A stretch of 64,000 bases of DNA, taken from NCBI GenBank assembly GCA_038087875.1, contig CM075997.1, positions 8,744,001 through 8,808,000 of the forward strand, written 5' to 3'. The notes beneath the pieces are model-generated. The model saw only the letters and a list, made by a program, of their open reading frames with translations, ran no database searches and was not told the DNA's origin. Positions 1-11,761 of the stretch are shown one piece after another. Origin of the DNA: Malacoraja senta. Taxonomy: Eukaryota. The first letter of the stretch is position 1. Every line of letters starts with the position of its first letter. Made by a program: the position numbers and the translations under genes.

Positions 1-121
1 ACGATAATAGCAATGTTAACCACCATGAAATCCGCCGCTGCCATTCCGACCAAGTAGCGTGTGATACATTTGGAAAGACCACATTTTCCACGGGATAGGA
101 TCACGATCGCCGTTAAATTAA
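1..121 (-). CDS. Start of exon 2 of a rhodopsin-class GPCR (GPR139-like elasmobranch family); continues beyond window start
   Basis: Minus strand has a pyrimidine tract and ttgcag acceptor, then a phase-1 frame (V)NLTAIVILSRGKCGLSKCITRYLVGMAAADFMVVNIAII. This is the end of TM1, ICL1 and TM2 with an MAxAD motif. It joins exon 1 (1846-1915) in frame. Confidence 0.85.
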
Positions 122-242
122 CTGCAAGGAGACAGGAAAGCACACGGGTTAATTGGATAAAATAAAATATAATGAACTGCATGTGACCTGGCTGGGATGT
201 AGTCTTCACCGTTCTGCTCACAGAGCACTGCCCGAGGTGTCT

Positions 243-254
243 GTGTGTGTGTGT

Positions 255-318
<64 letters not shown>

Positions 319-330
319 CTCTCGCTCTCT
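243..330. repeat. Compound (TG)n(CT)n microsatellite in the GPCR intron
   Basis: Directly visible dinucleotide runs. Confidence 0.97.
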
Positions 331-476
331 CGCTTCCCCCCCCCCCTCGTCAGAGGGTGGTGAATCTGTTGAAAATTTGCCACAGAATGCCGTGGAGACC
401 AAATCTGTGCATATATTAAAGGCAGAGATAGATACATTCTTGATTAATTCCAGTGTCAGGGGTTATGGGGAGAAGG

Positions 477-1403
477 TACACAAAGTGCTGGAGAAAATCA
501 GCGGGTGCAGCAGCATCTATGGAGCGAAGGAAATAGGTAACGTTTCGGGCCGAAACCCTTCTTCAGACTGATAGGGGGTGGGGAGAAGAAGGGAAAAATG
601 GAAAAAGGCGGAGGAGGAGCCCGAGGGCTGGGGGAGGGGAGGAGACAACCAGATGGCTGATGAAGGGGAGGGGACAGCAAGGGCTAGCAGAATTGGGAGA
701 ATTCAATGTTCAGGCCACCAGGATGTAGACTGCCCAAGCGGAATATGAGGTGCATTTCCTCCAATTTACGGTGTTGTTCGCTGTGGCCATGGAGGAGACC
801 CAGGACAGAGAGGTCAGATACGGAATGGGAGGGGGAGTTGAAGTGCTGAGCTACCGGGAGTTCAGGATGGTTATTGCGGACCGACCGGAGGTGTTCGGCG
901 AAACGATCGCCAAGCCTCCGCTTGGTCTCACCGATGTAGATCAGCTGGCATCTAGAGCAGCGAATGCAATAGATGAGGTTGGAGGAGATGCAGGTGAACC
1001 TCTGTCGCACCTGGAACGACTGCTTGGGTCCTTGAATGGAGTGGAGGGGGGAGGTGAAGGGACAAGTGTTGCATCTCTTGCGGTTGCAAGGGAAAGTACC
1101 AGGGGAGGGGGTGGTATGGGAGGGAAGGGAAGAATTGACAAGGGAGTTACGGAGGGAGCGGTCTTTGCGGAAGGCAGACATGGGGGGAGATGGGAAGATG
1201 TGGCGAGTGGTGGGGTCACGTTGGAGGTGGCGAAACTGACGGAGGATGACTTGTTGTATGTGACGGCTGGTGGGGTGAAAGGTGAGGACTAGGGGGACTC
1301 TGCCTTTGTTGTGAGTGAGGGGATGGGGAGAGAGAGCAGTGTTGCTGGGTATGGCAGAGACCCTGGTGCGAGCCTCATCTATGGTGGAGGAGGGGAACCC
1401 CCG
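477..1403 (-). mobile_element. 5'-truncated Penelope-like retroelement: GIY-YIG endonuclease (ORF 684-1181) plus pseudo-LTR
   Basis: ORF contains CNRKRCNTC...NLIYCIRCSRCQLIYIGETKRRLGDRFAEH, the Penelope GIY-YIG signature. Flanked by an 11-bp TSD TGGGGAGAAGG at 466-476 and 1404-1414. Confidence 0.9.
535..570 (-). ncRNA. Minimal hammerhead ribozyme-like motif in the Penelope pseudo-LTR
   Basis: Minus strand reads CAGT-CTGAAGA-AGGG-TTTCGG-CCC-GAAA-CGTT-ACC: CUGANGA box, short stem II, GAAA box and palindromic ACGT stem III. Stem I is weak. Confidence 0.55.
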
Positions 1404-1845
1404 TGGGGAGAAGGCTGGAGAATGGGTTTAAGAGGGAGAGATAGATCAGCCAGGATTGAATGGCGTTGACTTGATTGGCCGAATGTCCTAATTCTGCTGC
1501 TAACACATAATCATATAATCTGATGATTTGGCTCTGTTAACGCTCCGAAAGAAGTTTCAAAGAGCTGAAAATACGGTGTATAGCAATTATCGTGTAAAAA
1601 GTCATGCTTCTATATTAATGCAAAGAAAGGCATAAAAAGGTACACCTAAATAAACGGGTCATTTCCAGTGAGATAAAAATTCAGAGACAAAATTAGATAT
1701 TTGCATCTTGATCAATTTCATCAAATGAAATGTTACAGTCGATAAGGGGTTCGCGCAACCCACATATTAAAATGCAAGAAATGTCAGAGGATCAATTGTC
1801 CGAACGATGATGCCACTCAAATAGTCACTAGAATCAGCAGCTTAC

Positions 1846-1915
1846 CGGGAATGCCGACCGCTGCAAGTACAGGATAATAAATGCTCGCTGCGTAGTAAAT
1901 TGCCGGATAACCCAT
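1846..1915 (-). CDS. Exon 1 of the GPR139-like GPCR gene (MGYPAIYYAASIYYPVLAAVGIP)
   Basis: ATG at 1915-1913; 70 nt (23 codons + 1) ending at a G|gtaag donor (1845-1841). The phase matches the acceptor at 122. Confidence 0.85.
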
Positions 1916-1977
1916 CTTCTGTGAGAATCAACGATCAGTTGCTCAAATTCAGTATACTGGCGAATCGTTTAACATGC

Positions 1978-2110
1978 AATTTATATATGAGGGAGAAGAT
2001 CCGCTGGTTCAATTAGTGGGAGTGCTTCTTCACTCACATCAGCCACAACCCACTGAACAAACACTTACTCGAAGCTATTTTTACTAATTGTGTCATTGTG
2101 AAATGCAGTT
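1978..2110 (-). promoter_or_regulatory. Putative GPCR promoter: TATA box plus blocks conserved with the paralogue
   Basis: TATATAAA on the minus strand ~70 bp upstream of the ATG. Blocks caattag, cactgaacaaacac and ctatttttactnattg recur in the same order at ~15585-15710, upstream of the paralogue. Confidence 0.6.
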
Positions 2111-2742
2111 CACATTTCGAGTGAAATTACAAATACTCGTTTCCACAAGTTGTCTCTACAAAGTGTATGTTTTATCTTTTGACTGGAGGTTTGAGTTACT
2201 AGATCAAAATCATCCCAGGCAGTATTATTACGTATGGCATGGGCAATCACCTCCAAACAAGTATCCTCATAACATTAGCCGAAGAACGTCGACATGTACA
2301 AGAATGGAACCTGGTTTACTGATGGGTGAAACGGGGGAGTCTCTTCCTAACGGGCGGCGGTCTTCCCCTTTAGGTGCTTTAATATCTGAACGTTATTGCG
2401 GGGAACAGTGCAATTTCTCTATTCAGTGATGTCTTGAAGCATCAATTAGTCCAAATCGATTTCTGAATGACTTTCAAACAAAAAACCGGTGCAATTTTTG
2501 TCTCAATGCCAGCTGCCGATCAAATCGCACAATTGAAAGACCTATCCTTCAACCCACTCCAGGTACCATTGCTGATATTTGGTACAATATTTAGCTGTTT
2601 TTCATAACACAATCTTTAGGTTTAGTTTGATTATTGTCACATATACCGAGGTACGGTGAACATTATTGATATGTTTGCTATCAAACAAAGATCGTTGTAC
2701 TGAATGTGATTATAATCACGTGTAATAAAAATAAAAAATAAA

Positions 2743-2773
<31 letters not shown>

Positions 2774-2879
2774 GTAACAATACACTTTATTCTCATTGTA
2801 AATACATCCAACGAAATTTCAGGCGCACTGCCCTACGTATCAGATAAATAAGAACGACAATGAAAAAAGCAAAAACGGA

Positions 2880-5630
2880 AAGAAAAACGTCAAGTCAAGT
2901 TAGAATGCGCAATATTTCTCAGGATTGTGTTATAGCAGTACAAAATATTGGCTATGGGGTGTGTGTATTCAGTGCAAAGTTCAGAGTAGTGATGGCCTTG
3001 GTTGTAGAAACTGTTTGTTACGCATGTGGTGTGTGATTTGATGGACCTGTAACGGTTTCCTGAGGGCAGAAGGGAAAACAAGTGATGTGTGGTATCAGAT
3101 GCGACCTTTAGGATGCGTGATGTCTTTCGGAGGCAACGAGAGCTATAGATCCCATCCAGGGCAGGCCGATGTGTGTTGGTGATCTTCTGGGCTGTGTTGA
3201 TGACTCTCTGCAGAGCCTTCTTGTCAGCCGCAGAACTGTTGACGTACCATACCAGGATTCCACGTGTCAGGACGCAGGATCATTTCATTCCAAAAAGGAA
3301 GAAAGATTCTAAGGGGAGTAGGAGGCAACCATGGCTGACAAGAGAAGCTAGGGATAGAATAAAACTAAAAGAAAAGATGTATAACACAGCAAAGAGTAGC
3401 CGGAAGCCAGAGGATTGGGAAACTTTCATAGGACAAGAGAAGGAAACAATACGGGCAATACGGGCTGAAAAGATGTAGTATGAAGGGAAGCTGGCCAGGA
3501 ATATAAAGAAGGACAGTAAAAGCTTCTTTAGATATGTTAAGGGAAAAAGAGTAGCAAAGTCAAATGTGGGTCCCTTGAAGGCAGACACGGGTGAAATTAT
3601 TATGGGCAACAAGGAAATGGCAGAAGACTTGAATAGGTACTTCGGATCTGTCTTCACTAAGGAAGACACAAACAATCTCCCAGATGTACTGGAGGACAGA
3701 GGATCCAAGGGGGTACAGGAACTGAAAGAAATTTTCATTAGGCGGGAAATAGTATGGGTAGGCTAATGGGACTGAAGGATGATAAATCCCCTGGGCCTGA
3801 TGGTCTGCATCCCAGGGTCCTCAGGGAGGTGGCTTTAGAAATAGTGGACGCATTAGTGATCATTTTCCAATGTTCAATAGATTCAGGATCAGTTCCTGTG
3901 GATTGGAGGATAGCTAATGTTATCCCACTTTTCAAGAAAGGAGCGAGAGAGAAAACGGGGAATTACAGACCAGTTAGCCTGACTTCGGAAGTGGGAAAGA
4001 TGCTGGAGTCAATTATTAAAGAGGTAAGAATGGGGCATTTGCATAGCAGTAAAAGGATTAGTCCAAGTCAACATGGATTTATGAAAGGGAAATCATGCTG
4101 GACTAATCTTCTGGAATTTTTTGAGGATGTGACATGTAAAATGGATGAAGGGGTGCCAGTGGATGTAGTGTATCTAGACTTTCAGAAAGCCTTTGATAAG
4201 GTCCCGCACGGGAGAGTGGTGACTAAAATTAGAGCACATGGTATTGGGGGTAGGGCGTTGACATGGATAGAAAATTGGTTGGCAGACCGGAAGCAAAGAG
4301 TAGGAGTGAACGGGTCCTTTTCAGAATGGCAGGCAGTGGCGAGTGGTGTGCCGCAAGGCTCGGTGTTGGGGCCGCAACTGTTTACCATATATATTGATGA
4401 TTTGGAAGAGGGAATTAGGAGCAACACTAGCAAGTTTGCGGATAACACAAAGCTGGGTGGCAGTGTGAACTGTGAAGAGGATGTTAGGAGGTTGCAGGGT
4501 GACCTGGACGGGTTGAGTGAGTGGGCAGATGCGTGGCAGATGCAGTATAATATAGATAAATGTGAGGTTATCCACTTTGGCGGCAAAAACAAGTGGGCAG
4601 ATTATTATCTCAATGGGGTTAGGTTAGGTAAGGGGGAGGTACAGCGAGACCTGGGTGTCCTTGTACACCGGTCACTGAAAGTTGGCGTGCAGGTACAATC
4701 GGCAGTGAAGAAAGCTAATGGGATGTTTGCCTTCATAACAAGAGGATTTCAGTATAGGAGTAAAGAGGTTCTTCTGCAGTTGTATAGGGCTCTGGTGAGA
4801 CCACATCTGGAGTATTGTGTACAGTTTGGTCTCCTAATTTGAGGAAGGACATCCTTGTGATTGAGGCAGTGCAGCGTAGGTTCACGAGATTGATCCCTGG
4901 GATGGCCGGACTGTTATATGAGGAAAGATTGAAAAGACTCGGCTTGTATTCACTGGAGTTTAGAAGGATGAGGAGATATCTTATAGAAACATATAAAATT
5001 ATAAAAGGACTGGGCAAGCTAGATGCAGGAACAATGTTCCCAATTTTGGGCGAGGCCAGAACCAGGGGCCATAGTCTTAGAATAAAGGGGAGGTCATTTA
5101 AGACTGAGGTGAGAAAAAACTTTATCACCCAGAGAGTTGTGAATTTATGGAATTCCCTGCCACAGAGGGCAGTGGAGGCCAAATCAGTGGATGGATTTAT
5201 GAGAGAGTTAGATAGAGCTCTAGGGGCTAGTGGAGTCAAGGGATATGGGGAGAAGGCAGGCACGGGTTATTGATAGGGAACGATCAGCCATGATCACAAT
5301 GAATGGCGGTGCTGGCTCGAAGGGCCGAATGGCCTCCTCCTGCACCTATTTTCCATGTTTCTATGTTTCTAGGACACTCTCTATAGGGCAACGGTAAATG
5401 AGACTAGCAGCTGTTATAGCAAGTTGACTTTCCTTAGTGATGTTAGAAAATAAAGCCGTTGTTGTGCCTTCTTTACCAGGGAGTGCGTGTTAGTTGACCA
5501 CCTGAGATCTGCTGAGATGTGGGTGCCCAGGAACCGGAAACTGGAGACTCTGTCCACTCTTTCTCCGTTTATGTGCAGTGTGGGATGGCACCCTGCATCT
5601 TCCTGAAGTCAATTTTGTTTTCTTGGTATT
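2880..5630 (-). mobile_element. Degenerate Rex1/Babar-type LINE 3' portion, split by a CR1
   Basis: Removing the CR1 restores IESVLTRGILVWYVNSSAADKKALQRVINTAQKIT...FSLLPSGNRYRSIKSHT..NSFY, a typical Rex1-type RT C-terminus. Confidence 0.75.
3274..5370 (+). mobile_element. 5'-truncated CR1 LINE; RT ORF2 with stop and frameshifts
   Basis: [36 protein letters not shown] and FADN (mutated FADD) motifs; ctatgttt-type tail; 5-bp TSD AGGAC at 3269-3273 and 5371-5375. Confidence 0.95.
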
Positions 5631-5649
5631 GAGTGCTAAGTTTTTCTCT

Positions 5650-6972
5650 GGGGAAGATGCTTGAGTCGCTTATTAAAGAAGGAAGAAGCGCATTTTGAAA
5701 GCAGTGACCGGTTCGGGAAATCATGCTTGACTAATCTTCTGAATTTTTTTTGCGGATGTAACAAGTAGAATGGATGAGGGAGAGCCAGTGGATGTGGTGT
5801 ATCTGGATTTTCAAAAAGCCTTTGACAAAGTCCCACACAATATATTAATGTGCACAATTTGAGCACATGTTATTGGGGGGTACGGTATCGACATGGATAG
5901 AAAACTGTTTGGCAGACTGGAAACAAAGTGTAGGAATTAACGGGTCATTTTCAGAATAGCAGGCAGTGACTAGTCTGGTGACGCACGGCGCGATGCGGTG
6001 ACCCCAGTTAAGTAAAATATATATCAACTATTTAGACGAGGGATTTAAATGTAACATCTCCAAGTTTGCGGATGACACAAAGCTGGGGGTGATGCTGCGA
6101 GGAATATGCTGAGACGCTGCAGGGTACCTTGGATAGGTTGGGTGAGTGGGCAGATGCATGGCATTTGCAGTATAATGTGGATTCATGTGAGGTTATCCAC
6201 TTTTCTGGCGAGAACAGGGAGGCAGGTAATTATCTGAATGGTGTCAGATCAGGAAAAGAAGAGGTGGAACGAGACCTGGGTGTCCTTGTACAGCAGTCAC
6301 TGAAAATAAGCATGCAGGTACACCAGGCTGTGAAGAAAGCTAATGGCATGCTTGCCTTCATTGCGAGTGTATTTGTGTTTAGGAGCAAGGAGGTCCTACT
6401 GCAGTTGCACAGGGCGATGGTGAGACCGCACCTGGAGTATTGTATACAACTCTGATCTAATTTGAGCAGGGACATTCTTCCTATGGAGGGTGTGCAGCGT
6501 AGGTTCACCAGGTTATTTCCTGGAATGGCGGATCTGACCTATGAAGATCAGGTTTCTATTCACTGGAATTTGAAGGATGAAAGGGTATATAATAGAAACA
6601 TATGCAATCCTTAAAGATGCGAGATGGAGGAAAAATGGTCCAGTAGCAGTGGACGTAGGCGATGTGTAGTCACAGTTTAAGAAAAAAACGTACGCCATTT
6701 AGGACTGAGATGAAGAACAACGTTTCCTCCCGGAGAGTTGTGAATCTGTAATTTTCTGCCACAGAAGGCAGGGGAGGCCAATTCCCTGGATGTCTTCAAG
6801 AGAGAGTTAGATTTAGCCGTGTAGTGCTAAAGTAATCAAGGGATAAGGGGGTAAAGCAGCAACGGGTTACTGATTTTAGATGATCACCCATGGTCATATT
6901 GAATGGCGGTGCTCGCTCGAACGGCCGAAAGGCCTACTCCTGGACCTGCCGAAACAAATGTTTCTATGTTTA
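5650..6972 (+). mobile_element. Older degenerate CR1 LINE 3' part
   Basis: Fragmented RT motifs (ORF 6129-6455, RPHLEYC) and a CR1 tail ending tttctatgttt. Confidence 0.85.
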
Positions 6973-6974
6973 GG

Positions 6975-7920
6975 TGTTGAAGGACTTTTCTAATGCGCCG
7001 CTCATTCGCGAAACTTGGCTTCCCTTACTGTAACTGATGGAGTTTTATCTCGCCAGTCTCAGACTCCCATTCTCACCGCTCTCTTTCCAATGCTCCCGAT
7101 GCCACTACACATCTGGACACACCACCGTTCCTCAATTACGCCAGGTGCATTAACCCAACACCTACATCTGGCCTGCCGGCTTCCTACTTTCACAGAGCTC
7201 ACTCCCTCACTTACTCCAGAACATGTTCATTCCTCTACCCCACGCCCGATTGAGACACTTTCCTTGAATTCGCTGTAGTTGCATCATTTATTGTTATATC
7301 GTCTATCATCATGGATCAAAACACCTTTCAGGTGATGCAAGATTCAAGACCATCTCCTCGATCTTTATATACTCGAATCTGTGCTCGCAATATGTCCTCA
7401 ACTTCATCAATTAACCACGCGCAGCGCATGCAACCTACTCGGAGAGCACCTGGCTGTCAATGGGCAACAGCAAACTCGAGCTCCCGAATGTATATCATTT
7501 CAATGCTCGTCGTCATTCCAACATCGACTTCTCCATCCCTGTCGTTCTCCACTGTCAGGGGAAAGCCATTTAGAACGGAGACGAGGAAACACTTTTTCAC
7601 ACAGAGAGTTGTGAGTCTGCGGAATTCTCTGCCTCAGAGGGCGGTGGAGGCCGGTTCTCTGGATACTATATAGGGCTCTTAAAGATAGTGGAATCAGGGG
7701 ATATGGGGAGAAGGCAACAACGGGGTACTGATTGTGGATGATCAGCCATGATCAAATTGAATGGCGGTGCTGGCTCGAAGGGCCGAATGGCCTACTCCTG
7801 CACCTATTGTCTATTATCCATTGCCTGGGGAGGCTCCACGCAATCTAAAATAGCAGTTAATATTCAGCCTATCCATACTGGCACTGATATTTTGCCGGAT
7901 TCTAGGCAACCCCCATCTCA
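6975..7920 (+). mobile_element. Highly decayed Penelope-like GIY-YIG remnant containing a short CR1 3' end (~7556-7825)
   Basis: Text at ~7310-7550 resembles the 684-1181 GIY-YIG region (cctttcaggtgatgcaagattc). The inserted piece encodes FRTETRKHFFTQRVV and has a CR1 tail. Confidence 0.55.
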
Positions 7921-8469
7921 GGTATGAGCACCTTTCCTCTAACCCGTCCTCCCATTTTGCCCCGTTACACATACCCCGGCCTCACACCCACGATGATACT
8001 TTTCATCCGTGTCCACCAAACAATTCACTTCTCTCCTACCCACACATTTGTTTCGGATTGCCCTCTAGACGCCAGGACCTGTTTCTACCGAACCTTCGGT
8101 TGTCCCTTAATGTGTTCCTGTTGCAACGTTCGCCATAGGATTCCAGTACTGACAGCTTTGTTCGATCCTGCTAATCACTCGCGTGCGTTTTCTAATTTTA
8201 TCTCCCTCTTCCCCTACCAAGATTAACTTCCCGTTCTGATGTCTGCCTGTGTTTGTCATCCACCAACCTTTGTCTGAGAACTCACCTCCCTTGGTATGTA
8301 ACTTTATCTGGCTATCATTCATACACCATTTGTCCACAAATTTCCCAGTGGCTACTATCTCACTATACCGTCCACTTTAATCTTCCCTCTTCACTATTAC
8401 CGTGAGTGTGGTATTTGGACCAGAAATATCCGTAGGCTTCTGTTGTTTGGTCTGCAAATATCCTCCAAA

Positions 8470-9930
8470 TAACAATCTTTTGTTAAACGTTGGGATTGTC
8501 CCAGCCTCAACTACCTCCTCTGGCAGCTTGTTCCATGTACCCACCACCGTTCGTGTGAAAAAGTTACTTTTCCCCTTCACGTTAATCTTATGTTTTCTGG
8601 GCATCGATCCCCCTACTCTGGGCAAGAGATTCTGTGCACGATTTATTCCTCTCGCGATTTTATTCACCTTTATAATATCACCCCTCATCCTCCTGCGCTC
8701 GAGGAATAGACCCAGCCTACTCAACGTCTACCTATACCCCAGACCCCGTAGTCCTGGCAACATTCTCGGAAATCTTCTCTGAACCCAATCAAACTTGACA
8801 ACATCTTCCCCTCAGCCTGATGCCCAGAACTGAACACAATATTTAAAAAGCGGTCTCGCCAACGTTTTATTCAACTGCAACATGACCTCCCCACTTCCAT
8901 ACTAAATTCTCTGTCTGATGAATGCCAATGTGCCAAAAGCCTTTTTGATCACATCTACTTGCGACTCGTCCTTCAATGATTCATGCACCTGCACTCATAG
9001 ATCCCTATGCTCTACAACCCTCCACAGATGCCGACCATTCACTGTGTTGGTGTTGCCGTTGTTATACGTCCCAAAATGCAACAGCTTTCATTTATCTGTG
9101 TTAAATTCTATCAACCATTCCTCAGTCCACCTGGACAATCGATCAAGATCATGCTGCAATCTTTCACAACCATCTTCACTATCTGCAAAACAACCCACTT
9201 TTGTATCACTAGCCAACTTGCTCATCTTGCCCTGTATGTTCTCATCCAAATCATTGATGTAGATGAGAAACAGTAACAGGCACAGCACCCAACCATGAAA
9301 TACACCACTGGTCGCAGGAGTTCAGTCTGGGAAGCAACTTTCTACCATTAACGTCTGCATCCTTGCATGGAGCCAATTTGCTGCCGCAATGTCCTCTCGA
9401 GGGCTTCCGCAATGTCCTCTATAGTTTCAAATAGTGTCCTGGGATATATATGATCAGGGCGTGGAGATTTTCTATCTTCATACACGATAGTATATTCAGT
9501 ACTCTTCGACGGTAACATGGACTGCTCTCAAGACACTTCCATTGATTGTCCCAAGTTCCTCCGTCCTACGGTCTTTCTCCTCGGTAAATTCAGAGGACAA
9601 ATACTCAATGAAGACATTGCCCATCTCCAGTGGCTCCACACAGAGGTGGCCGCTTTGATTCGTGAGGTCTCACTCTCTCTCTAGTTCACTTTTCCCCCCT
9701 TTTGCGGTTGTCCTTTTTGTTTCTCGCCAGAGCTATCTCCTAGCCTCTTTTTGCCCTCCTGATTTCCTTTTTCAGTTTATCCTTAGTTCCCGCTACTCCT
9801 CCTGGGATGCACTTGATCCCATCTACCTATCCCATGTCCCTGTACCTGCCCCCATGTCCCATGTACCTGTCGCGCGCGTCCTTCTTATTGATCATCAATG
9901 CCTCAATTTCCCTCGTCAGCCATGTTTCCT
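8470..9930 (-). mobile_element. Degenerate CR1 LINE
   Basis: Minus-strand ORFs with [11 protein letters not shown]...KLASDTKVG and NFFTRTVVGTWNKLP. Confidence 0.8.
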
Positions 9931-9974
9931 TATGATTGTCTGCAATCAACTGGCATATTTGTCCTTCTTCAGAT

Positions 9975-10075
9975 AATTTCTTCAGTCTGAAGAAGCGTTT
10001 CGAAACTTCACCCATTCCTTCTCTCGGGAGATGCTTCCAGACGCAGTTACTCCAGCTTTGTGTGTCTATCTTCTA
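9975..10075 (+). mobile_element. Decayed Penelope pseudo-LTR fragment
   Basis: cagtctgaagaagcgtttcgaaacttcacccattcc...tccagctttgtgtgtc is homologous to the reverse complement of 477-570. Confidence 0.6.
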
Positions 10076-10779
10076 CTTTATTTCTAAAGACTGCTGATAT
10101 TCTTGGAACAACTTCAAATATAAATAATTAATTCAAAGAATGTCTTCATTTTTTTTGTGGGAATTTAAAGGGTGAAGAAAGGCGCGAATGGAAGAACAGG
10201 CAAAGACAATGATCGGGAGGCGCGGTTGTGCACAACTTTGAGGCAATTATTTCGGCTCTGATGCATGGTGACCCTGAGGTAAACTCGCTTCGATGAGATA
10301 ATTTCGCCCACTGCAGCTTTAATCAGTAATGCCATATTGCAAGAACGAACATTGGTTATCACAGCCGACCACATTTCACAAACCAGCCTCCTCCCATGCT
10401 CTACTGCAAGATAAACTGTAAAGTTGAACCACTTTCGTGAATAGCGGCGTTTTCTTTTACAGGTTATTGTGTAATTAATTTGTGTTTTCGATGGAGAGGG
10501 ATTTCTCGCTGAGGAAGCTCGAGTCGACATTTTCCCCCCTGTTTCTATGCAAAACATTGAATTCCAATTCACTTTATCTGACACCAGTTTTTAAAAGGTT
10601 GTGCCAAATTCTACAGTTACCACAGAAAGAGTTGCACTCGTGTCCCAGGCATCAATAACCCTTTGCTGCGGAATTATATTACTGCGATAATCAATTGTCA
10701 GCGCTGCGTTCTTTGGTGCAATTTTTGAATTTAGCAGTAAATTAGAATATATTAATTATGCATCGGGTGGATAAATCAC

Positions 10780-11610
10780 ATTTCCAATGGTCCATTCCTT
10801 CATAAAATGTTGTATTTACCATGGAAAAGGACACGAATGCCGTTGATTTCAGGAAATCAAAAAGTTACACCCTGAAGCATATCAACGTGGCGGTGAAGGA
10901 CGTGCGGGTGTTGTTGAGCGCATAACATTTGATAAACCTCATGAACTGACCTGGTGTAAACTAGTAGACTTGGGCAGCAATCGTGGAGACTACCGAGGTC
11001 GTGGAAAAACATCTACCTTTCTTCGCCACGGGGAAGGTATTGGAAGACAAGAACATCACATACTGTACATTCATTTAACAAGGGTTGCAATCTCAATTCA
11101 TGGATTTACTGACTACTGACCCTGATATTAACGACTTGAAAGATACTGGGGATGACTCTAAAGGACAAGATTTATTTATATTTGAAAATCATGGTCTGCT
11201 TAGGGACACTTTGAAACGCAACATTTGACTAGCGATATTTTGCATGGATTTTTCGTGGACGATTTAGTATAAAAAATATGATTGTTTCGTTCCGATCTGA
11301 CAAGTAGATTTGGGGGGGGGGGGGGGTTGGGGTTGGCGTGAGGAATTGTCAGTGTGAATATCAGGAAGACATTTGATAAGATACGCTTCTACAGTATGTT
11401 AAAATACAGTGGATTCACTATTGGACAACAAATTGGATACCCAATTGGCTTGGTGGTTGTGGAGAATTGCTTTGCAGTTTGGAGACCAGTAACTACTGGA
11501 GTGCCACAGGGAAGGTGATGCCTCCTTTATTGTTTGTCATGTATATTAATAATTCTTTGGAATAAACTACCAAATAATGTGATATAATTACATCGCTTAC
11601 ATGTGAGTTC
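10780..11610 (+). mobile_element. Very old CR1-like remnant
   Basis: Eroded RT-coding text such as ggagaccagtaactactggagtgccacagggaag and tgtttgtcatgtatattaat. Confidence 0.5.
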
Positions 11611-11761
11611 GACTGATGCATTGCGAGGGAATAAGGGAGTGGGACAGGCTGCGTGGAATGGAGTGGGATAGGCTTTGTAACGATCAGGTTCTGCATGCGG
11701 GTTTGTACGAAAGGGTCTGTTGGCGTCCGTTTTCTTCGACGATTCTACAACTATTAATTAA

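Larger units (their letters stand above)
360..1500 (+). mobile_element. Degenerate CR1 LINE 3' fragment, split by a Penelope-like insertion
   Basis: CR1 ORF2 end and 3'UTR-like text (gtcaggggttatggggagaagg) stops at 476 and resumes at 1404 (tggggagaaggctggagaatggg...gatcagcc...gaatggcg). Confidence 0.7.
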
